Shown here in pieces: positions 53,798-61,000 of a stretch of DNA of 64,000 nucleotides. Under the pieces are notes generated by a model. That model had not been told where the DNA came from. It was given only the letters and a program-made list of their open reading frames with translations, and ran no database searches. The stretch's first letter is position 1, and every line of letters starts with the position of its first letter. A program made the position numbers and the translations under genes. Source of the stretch: a virus (taxonomy: Duplodnaviria; Caudoviricetes); IMG/VR virus record IMGVR_UViG_3300014031_000001, positions 32,001 through 96,000 of that record. One strand, given 5' to 3'.

Positions 53798-54292
53798 ATG
53801 TCGTACAACCGCGTGACTTTGGTCGGCCACCTAGGCGCCGACCCGGAACTTCGCCACACTCCCGACGGCACCCCCGTCGCCACGATGAACGTCGCCACCA
53901 ACGAACGCTGGGTCGGCAAGGACGGCCAGTCGCAAGAGGAGACGACCTGGCACCGGGTCGTCGTCTGGCGCAAGACGGCGGAAAACTGCGCCAAGTATCT
54001 CGCCAAGGGCCGCCAGTGCCTCGTCGAAGGTCGCATCAAGAACACGCGGTGGACGGACGATAAGGGCGTCGAGCGCTACGGCAGCGACATCGTCGCCACG
54101 ACCGTGCAGTTTCTAGGCGGCGGCGAAGGCAAGGCGCGCGCGCCGCATCCGGCATCGGGCGACGCGCCGCCCGAAGGCAACCAGCGCTCGACGTCACCGT
54201 CGGCCTCGTCGTCACACTACGACCCGGGCTCTCCCGACAGCGCCTTCACGGGCAACAACAGCAACCCCGGACTCGACGATATTCCTTTTTGA
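53798..54292 (+). CDS. ssb: Single-stranded DNA-binding protein
   Basis: NRVTLVGHLGADPELR, TTWHRVVVW, YLAKG..CLVEGRI, C-terminal DDIPF. Confidence 0.95.
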   Translation: MSYNRVTLVGHLGADPELRHTPDGTPVATMNVATNERWVGKDGQSQEETTWHRVVVWRKTAENCAKYLAKGRQCLVEGRIKNTRWTDDKGVERYGSDIVATTVQFLGGGEGKARAPHPASGDAPPEGNQRSTSPSASSSHYDPGSPDSAFTGNNSNPGLDDIPF

Positions 54293-54507
54293 TACACCGT
54301 CTTACCGACGAATGCGCGACGCTCTTGTCGTCGCTCGCGGCGAGCTAGAGGTCGCGCGTGACGACTGCAAAACGGCACGCGCGACCTTGCCGCTTGGCGC
54401 GATGGCGCGCAAGAATCATTGACGAATGCAGTGCTCACAACTTGCAATTTCTCCAATGAACCTTATCATCGGTTGACTGCTGCCAAGCAGAGAGCAAGGG
54501 GGGTTCA

Positions 54508-55023
54508 TTGAATACTGCGGAGCTAAGTCAACGAATTGCAGAAAAAGCTGGCTTCACCCGTGTGCAAGCTAAGCGCGCCGTGGTCTCGGTCATTGCCGAG
54601 ATCCAAAATGAGGTTCTTGCGGGCCACAAAGTGACGCTGTCGGGATTTGGCACCTTCGAAAAGGTGACACGCCGCGCTCGCCAGGGCCGCAACCCCTACA
54701 CCGGCGAACCCGTTGCAGTGCCAAAACGCGCAGTCGCGCGGTTTCGCCTAGGTAAGAATTTCAAGGACGCGCTGAACAGCCCAAGACACGGAGAAGACAA
54801 GTTGAAAAAGACCACCAAGAAGAAGACGAAAAAAGTGAAGGCCGCCGGCAAGGCGAAGGCCAAGCGCACCCCGGCGAAGACGGCGGTCGCCAAGCGGGCG
54901 CCGGCGAAGAAGGCAGCGTCGTCGATCAAGCCCGGCAGTAAGAAGGTCGCCCGCAAGGTCGCCAAGAAGAAGAAAGCGACGGGCCGCATCGGTCGCCCGC
55001 CGGCAAAAAAGAGCAAGAGCTAA
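54508..55023 (+). CDS. HU/IHF-family protein with a histone-H1-like Lys/Ala tail
   Basis: VTLSGFGTFEK..R.ARQGRNPYTGE, then about 75 aa rich in K and A. Confidence 0.9.
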   Translation: MNTAELSQRIAEKAGFTRVQAKRAVVSVIAEIQNEVLAGHKVTLSGFGTFEKVTRRARQGRNPYTGEPVAVPKRAVARFRLGKNFKDALNSPRHGEDKLKKTTKKKTKKVKAAGKAKAKRTPAKTAVAKRAPAKKAASSIKPGSKKVARKVAKKKKATGRIGRPPAKKSKS

Positions 55024-55028
55024 AGCAC

Positions 55029-55060
55029 GAAACCCCTTCTACCGAAGGGGTTTTTCTTTT
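55029..55060 (+). terminator. Intrinsic terminator after HU
   Basis: GAAACCCCTTC-TACC-GAAGGGGTTTTT. Confidence 0.8.
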
Positions 55061-55113
55061 ACGTGAGAGCCGTCTATACTCAAGGCTTCCCTCCACCGCA
55101 AGGCCCCCAACGT

Positions 55114-55446
55114 ATGCGCCCACCCCCGGTCAACGGCGTCCCGGCCGCAGCCCCCTCGGCTGTCGCGACCACGGTGTCGGTGGGCGCCGTCAACGACCTT
55201 GTGGCGACCGAGCAGGTCGTCCTCTGGACGCTCGTCGGCGGCGGCGTCCTCCTGGCCCTCACCTTGGTCGGCCTAGTCATCTATATGGCCGTGAAGCGCC
55301 GGGCGCTGTCGATGGCGGAGCACCTGGAGCAGGTCGAGCCGCGCTCGCGGGCGGCGCCCTCCAACGATGCCCCTATGACCCTTACGCAAGACGACCTTTT
55401 GAAGTCGAAAGTAGAGTCGAAAATCGAACCCGAGTGGTTTAAGTAA
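55114..55446 (+). CDS. Single-TM membrane protein
   Basis: VVLWTLVGGGVLLALTLVGLVIYMAV then KRR. Confidence 0.55.
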   Translation: MRPPPVNGVPAAAPSAVATTVSVGAVNDLVATEQVVLWTLVGGGVLLALTLVGLVIYMAVKRRALSMAEHLEQVEPRSRAAPSNDAPMTLTQDDLLKSKVESKIEPEWFK

Positions 55447-55707
55447 CTCCTGGGTGCGTGTGCGTGCTTCGGCGCGCCGAGCATCCGAAAGCTGAAGTAG
55501 AGCATGGAGCTGACGAGCGGCCAGCCTTCGGGCACCAAGTCGCCGATCTGGAACATGCGCGGTCGCAAGTACCTCAAGACAGAGGGAAACAGGTGCTAGC
55601 CCTGTGCGGTCGGCCCGAGACGTCGGAGGTGGGGGTCGCGCCCCGCCTGCTTCAGCCCTTTTCCCTCCCCGCGCGGCCATCCCGCGAAGACCTAGCACGA
55701 GGCCCCC

Positions 55708-55986
55708 ATGACGAGCGCGCAGGTCCACATCGGGCAGTGGTTGGCCCTGGCGGCCATCGTCGCCGGCAGCAGCCTGATCAGCTTCCTTGTCGGGCGCCGC
55801 AGCGGCCGTGAGGACGAGCAGCTGCGTCTTTTCCCCCTCTACGGCGCCTACTGGGCCCTCTCGCGTCTTCTAGACGCCGAGCTGCGCCACGGCAAAGACA
55901 GCGTCGAGTACGGCACGGCCGTGCTCGCGGCGCGCGCCCTCGCCAACGAGATCGCCACCAACACAAGCCTCCACCAAAACTACTAA
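55708..55986 (+). CDS. Small membrane protein
   Basis: N-terminal TM helix, GAGG RBS. Confidence 0.5.
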   Translation: MTSAQVHIGQWLALAAIVAGSSLISFLVGRRSGREDEQLRLFPLYGAYWALSRLLDAELRHGKDSVEYGTAVLAARALANEIATNTSLHQNY

Positions 55987-56104
55987 AAGCCGTACCAACA
56001 AGGCCCCTTGCGCCGGCGCGAAAGTCTTCGTCAAGTTGCCGCCGGCGGCCGACGAAAGCTCTATGGCGGGACGTCGGTAAGCGCGCTACGGTTGGGGGGC
56101 CGAT

Positions 56105-56572
56105 ATGGGAGACTTGTTTGTGGTGACCTTCCTCCCCGCGATGATGGCCTTGGCGGCAGCCGCCAATGAGCCGGCGTGTGTGCCGAACGCCGCGACCTTC
56201 TGCGCCGTGCGCTACGTCGACTGCGCCGCGCCAGGCGTCGTCGAATTCATGTCACCGTCGGGGCGCCTAAAGCCCATCGTCGTCCACATCGCCGGCCTAC
56301 GTGTGCCGCGGCTTGAGACGAGAGACGCGTGCGAGCACGAGGCGGCCGTACGCGCTCGCGACATCGCGCACCGCTGGCTACAGGCCGTAAGTCGCGTCGA
56401 CCTGCGTCGCTGCAGGAAGACCCCCGACCGCTTCCTGACGTGCGACGTCGAGGTTGACGGCGAGTCGCTTGCGGCGATCTTGCTGAAAGACGGCAGCGTC
56501 GTTGACGCCTACACGGCGCCGAAGAAGCCCGACTGGTGCGCCTTTTTGAAGCGGCTCGACGATCTTCCTTGA
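56105..56572 (+). CDS. Secreted thermonuclease (SNase)-fold protein with degenerate active site
   Basis: Signal peptide; VHIAGLRVP, ARDIA, CDVEVDGESLAAILLKDG; DGDT and DAPE catalytic motifs absent. Confidence 0.55.
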   Translation: MGDLFVVTFLPAMMALAAAANEPACVPNAATFCAVRYVDCAAPGVVEFMSPSGRLKPIVVHIAGLRVPRLETRDACEHEAAVRARDIAHRWLQAVSRVDLRRCRKTPDRFLTCDVEVDGESLAAILLKDGSVVDAYTAPKKPDWCAFLKRLDDLP

Positions 56573-56706
56573 CACCTTTGATCTTGCCGTTTAGGCAGTT
56601 CACCGCCACAATACACCCCAGAGTTTACCTACACTGGCAGCGGTTCCTTGGCTTGGCGTGCAGTCGCGCGCCGGGCCGCCGGTGTGTTTTGCCCGCGGAG
56701 ACCTGA

Positions 56707-56964
56707 ATGAGTCGGAAGTTATTTGTGGCGAAGCTCCCCTACGACATGACGGAAGCGGAGCTGCGCACGACGTTCGAGTCGTTCGGCACCTTGAAGTCGG
56801 TGCGCGTCATCATGGACCGCGACACCAAGACCTCCAAGGGCTTCGGCTTCGTCGAGTTCGAAAGCGACATCGATGCCGCGCGCGCCATTACGGCGCTCGA
56901 CGGCGCGCAGGCGGGCAGCATGAAGCTCGTTGTGAAGCCTGCCGAAGAGCGCGGCGCCCGCTAG
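56707..56964 (+). CDS. RRM (RNP-1) RNA-binding protein
   Basis: RNP2 LFVAKL and RNP1 KGFGFVEF. Confidence 0.92.
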   Translation: MSRKLFVAKLPYDMTEAELRTTFESFGTLKSVRVIMDRDTKTSKGFGFVEFESDIDAARAITALDGAQAGSMKLVVKPAEERGAR

Positions 56965-56978
56965 AAAACGGAGGGCCG

Positions 56979-57176
56979 GTGTCGGAAGCTTTAGCCCCCC
57001 TTGTCATCTGGCTGAGCTCGGTCTTCTCTGGCGCCGCCCTGGGCTTCATCGTGGGCGGCAGCTTTATGAAGTGGTGGCTGCGCCGGCGCGCCCGTGACTC
57101 AGGGTTTGTGCCCTACGACGCCCAGCTCTTTGACGCCCACGACCGGCCACGAAAACGTCGGTGGCCCTGGGTATAA
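56979..57176 (+). CDS. Small membrane protein
   Basis: GGAGG RBS plus GTG; TM helix plus basic tail. Confidence 0.5.
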   Translation: MSEALAPLVIWLSSVFSGAALGFIVGGSFMKWWLRRRARDSGFVPYDAQLFDAHDRPRKRRWPWV

Positions 57177-57336
57177 GAGGGTTGAGGCAGTGAGCTGTAG
57201 GATTTCCAGCGGGGGTCTAAAGAGTTCGCTGATTGTGCGCCTGCGGGCTGAGAGCCCCCTCGACTGGAGGGTTTGCGATGAATGATCTAGCCGATGTTGA
57301 ATGTTCTGCCTCGAGAGAGTCGAAAAACACACACGC

Positions 57337-57382
57337 AAAAAAGCCCCGAGAGGGGCTAGGCCGCTAAGGCGGTCTCTTTTTT
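57337..57382. terminator. Double-hairpin bidirectional terminator
   Basis: A6-GCCCC-GAGA-GGGGCT, then GGCCGC-TAAG-GCGGTC followed by a T-run, between convergent blocks. Confidence 0.6.
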
Positions 57383-58029
57383 TAGCTACGGAGCGTGCGC
57401 GCCGTGAGCCGGTTGAGCGCCGCCGAGGCCTGCTTGCCGAGCTCCATGTTGCCGGCTCCCGGGCTCGCCACCGCCGTTGGCGGTGGCGCTAGGCCAGCCG
57501 AAGGCGGCGCGCCGGCGGCAGGACCCGCAGGACCCGTCGACATCGTCTCGGCGGTCTGCGGCGCCATGGCCGGCTCGATGATGGTCTTCTTCTCGATGAT
57601 GGTCTTGCGTTGGCCGCCAGCGCCAGCGGCCGGCGGAGGCATGAGCCCGGCCGAGGGGGCCGCGCCTTCTTGCGCCGCGGCGGCCGCTTCGGCCTGGGCG
57701 CCCTGGGCCTCCATGTTGGCCTGGAAGCCGTCGGGCGACTCGCTTGGCAAAGGGATCCCTTGGGCCATGGCGTTGGCGTCGTCCAAGACGGGGTTGCCCT
57801 GGGAGGTCGTGTCGCCGTCGGCGCTTGGCTGGGGCTGGCCGATGTCGCCGCCCTGCTCTTGCACCTGCGCGCGCATCGCCTCCTCGGCCTGTGCCTGCGG
57901 CGACTGGGTCACCTTACGGCCGGCGCCGGGCCCCATCAGGCTGTCCTGCATCGACGGCGTCTTCGCCGGCTCGGCGCCCTGCAGGTTGGCCCGGTCGTTG
58001 GCGGTCTTGTCGAAAAGGAACTTGCGCAC
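57382..58029 (-). CDS. Low-complexity Pro/Ala/Gln-rich protein
   Basis: MRKFLFDKTA leader, GKQA near the C-terminus; follows the RNAP gene. Confidence 0.6.
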   Translation of the reverse strand: MRKFLFDKTANDRANLQGAEPAKTPSMQDSLMGPGAGRKVTQSPQAQAEEAMRAQVQEQGGDIGQPQPSADGDTTSQGNPVLDDANAMAQGIPLPSESPDGFQANMEAQGAQAEAAAAAQEGAAPSAGLMPPPAAGAGGQRKTIIEKKTIIEPAMAPQTAETMSTGPAGPAAGAPPSAGLAPPPTAVASPGAGNMELGKQASAALNRLTARTLRS

Positions 58030-58055
58030 GGCGTCTCTCCCCTAGCGGTGGATGG

Positions 58056-61000
58056 TCAATATTTTCCGTCCTTGCCCTGTCCGAAGGTGGCTCCGTGTGC
58101 GAAGGCAGGGATCGGGTGCGTTCCGGCAAGGTCAGTTTTCCAGCCTTGTGCCGCGCCCTCGGTGATCGCCTTCGACAGGTTCTGGAAGCCCAAAGCCGCC
58201 ATCCAGTTTTGCCGCATGAGCGGCACCGAGCCCATGCCCTTCATCAAGGGGGCATGCTTCAGCGGCTCGCGCCGGACCGAGATCTCTGCGTGTCCGTGCG
58301 ATTTTAGAACTTTTGCGTCGCGCGCGTCCACCACGTGGCCCTTCTTCAAGTCCTCATAGTCGGCGTCGAGCTCGTAGCCGATGGCGTCTTCCGGCTTGGC
58401 CGTGAAGCCGAGGTTGGCGTTGTAGTGGTTGGCGACCGTGTAGCCGATGACGTCGCCCGGCAGGTGCGGGCTGTCCTTGGGGCTGTTGAGCACCTGGGTG
58501 AAGTTGCCGAGGCTGCGGACGACCGTCTCGAACATCTTGCGCTCGATGCGGATGCCCTGGTCCTTGTAGGTCTTGTGGAGCTCGTCGACCAGGTACTCCT
58601 GGGCCGGGCGCATGCCCTTGAGCTTCACGAGGTCTTGGGGCTTCACGGCGCCGTCGGAAAGGACGTCGCCCTTGGTCACCTCGTCGCCGACCTTGACGGT
58701 GAGCTTGCGGCCGACGGGTACGTAGATTTTGTGGCTGCCGACGAAGACGTTGTGGCCGCCGCCGATGCCCTTATCGATGCGCTCCACCTTGCCGCCGACG
58801 GGCGTCAGGGGGGCGGCCCCTGGCAGGTCACCCGGCATCTTCAGAAGCTGGCCGATGCGCGCGTAGCCGCCAACGTCGGTGCCGGTGCCCGCAGCGCCCC
58901 CCGTGTGGAAGGTGCGCATGATCATCTGGACGAGCGGCTCCGAGATGGTCTGGCTCGCCTTGGCGCCAATGTTATCCCCGATGGCAGGCGCACCCCCGTG
59001 CTCATCGTGTCCAAAGCACTTGGCGCAAGTTCCTCGGGGCTGAAGGCATGTGAGAGGGGAGCGAACCTCGATTTTAGAAACGCCCCTCTTTTGAAGCGCA
59101 CTGACCAGCTGCTGGTCGACAGGGGTATTACGCGCGACGCCGTCTTGATCGTGGGCCAGGTAGCGCCCCACTGCATCAGGACTGGAAATGCCGAGGGTAA
59201 TACCCGCTTTAACGCCACAGTCCACCGCCGTGATGACGTTGTCTAGCGTGGTGGCCGAAATCGATTTCGAGAAGGCCCCGGGCTCACTTGTTTGGATGGC
59301 TCTGTCCATCATACCACGGCGCGCACCGTACATACTTGTCCAGTAGTCGCCGATATTTAGCCCTTCTGAATAGGACTTTTTGATGGCGCGCGGGACGATC
59401 TTGCCGCGTGCGTCGGAGACGAAAAGCGGGGTCGCCATGATCTGGCGCAGCTGGGTCGGCTCGCCGCGGCCGCCGCCTTCGACCATGTCGAAAAGCGAGT
59501 TGCCCGTGCCGCGAAGCTTCGTCGCGAGCATGCGGTCCAAAAGCCCGACGGCGTCCTTGTTGATCTTGGTGAGGTCGGCCTCGGTCTTGGCCTTGGCGAG
59601 CTCCTTGTCGACGTGCGTCGTGATGAGGTCGCGGCTTTTGCTAAAGTCGTGCAAGTCGTCGAGCCCGAGCGAAAAGCCCTTCTCGTAGGAGTGCGTCTCG
59701 CCGGCGCTCTTGAGGGCCTGGAGGACTTTGGCGAAGTCGCCTGACGGCAGCTCTTTGGCCATACGGTTAAGCATGGCAGCCGTACCTTTTTTGTCGAGGA
59801 CGGCGGTGACCTTGTACTTTTCGCCGACGATAGCGTCGAGCTTGGCGCGCCCTGCGGGGGTCTGCGACAGGTAGAAGATCCCCGTCTGCGCTTCCCAGGC
59901 GGGCGCCATCATCAGAGCGCCGCTGCCAGGCTGGAAGAGGTTGCGCGACGGCAGCATGCCCTCGGCTTCCTTGTTGGCCTCGTTGCTGATCGGCACGTGC
60001 ACCGTCATGGTGTTATGCGTCAACAGTCCGTTCTGGATGCAGAAGATCTCGCCATCCGGCACGGTGAAGTCGAACATTACCTCGTGCCGTGGAACTTCAG
60101 TGATCGACGTCACCTCCTCCCAGAGCAGATCTTCGTTCAGGACGAGCTGAGCCCACTTCTCGAAAAGTCCTGAAGCCAACATGCCGTACGTGTGGAGAAT
60201 ATCTTTAGCGATGTGTCTCGAGATGAAGTGCGTTTTTTTCTTGAAGTGGTCATGTAGATTGACTCTGCGTCCAGGAACCGCCTCTCGCCAGGCTGCAATC
60301 TTCGCGCGCAGCTCCTTGTTCGGGACCCGGAGCTCCTTCCCGATTTCTGCTATTTCGTCAAACAGCGCAGCGCTGAAAGGAACGATGTCGTAGAGATTTT
60401 TACGTCGGCGCCCCGCTTTGACTTCGCAGGCTGTCTTCAGAAGCTCGGATTTACGCCCCTCTTTCAGGGCCAGTCTGTGCATATCGTCTTTGACAACGCG
60501 CACTATTGCGAAGTCGCGGCAGCCCTTGTGCTCGCTGTCGCGGATATAGGCGCCTATCCCGACGCTAGCCATGATGAAGCGAAGCGCCTCAAGAAAGGGG
60601 CGGTTCTTCATCTCAATGCGGGCGAGCCAGTTGCCGAGCGCATCCTTGCCGATGCTGCCTTCTGCCTGAAAGAGGCCCTGCACATAGGCAAGCCGTACGC
60701 TGTCGGGGCTTGAGACGATGCAGTCGGGAACTCGCTTGTCCTCGCACCGTGCCCCGCACTCGTCTGCGAACCAGGCAGCGATCGTTTTGTTGTAGATGCG
60801 GGCAATACAGCCGGCATGCTTGGCCGTGCTCTGTCGTTTTGTGTCCGAGTTGAAGACTGCCTTGATTGTCCGACAGCTCCGGTCGAGGAGGGCGCGCTCG
60901 GTATCGCAGATAGTGACGGTGTTGTCTGCGCTACACCCATCGCCAGCATAGTGGCCCAGGAGCCAAGCGAAATCTTCATCTACGACGTGCGACTTTTCCC

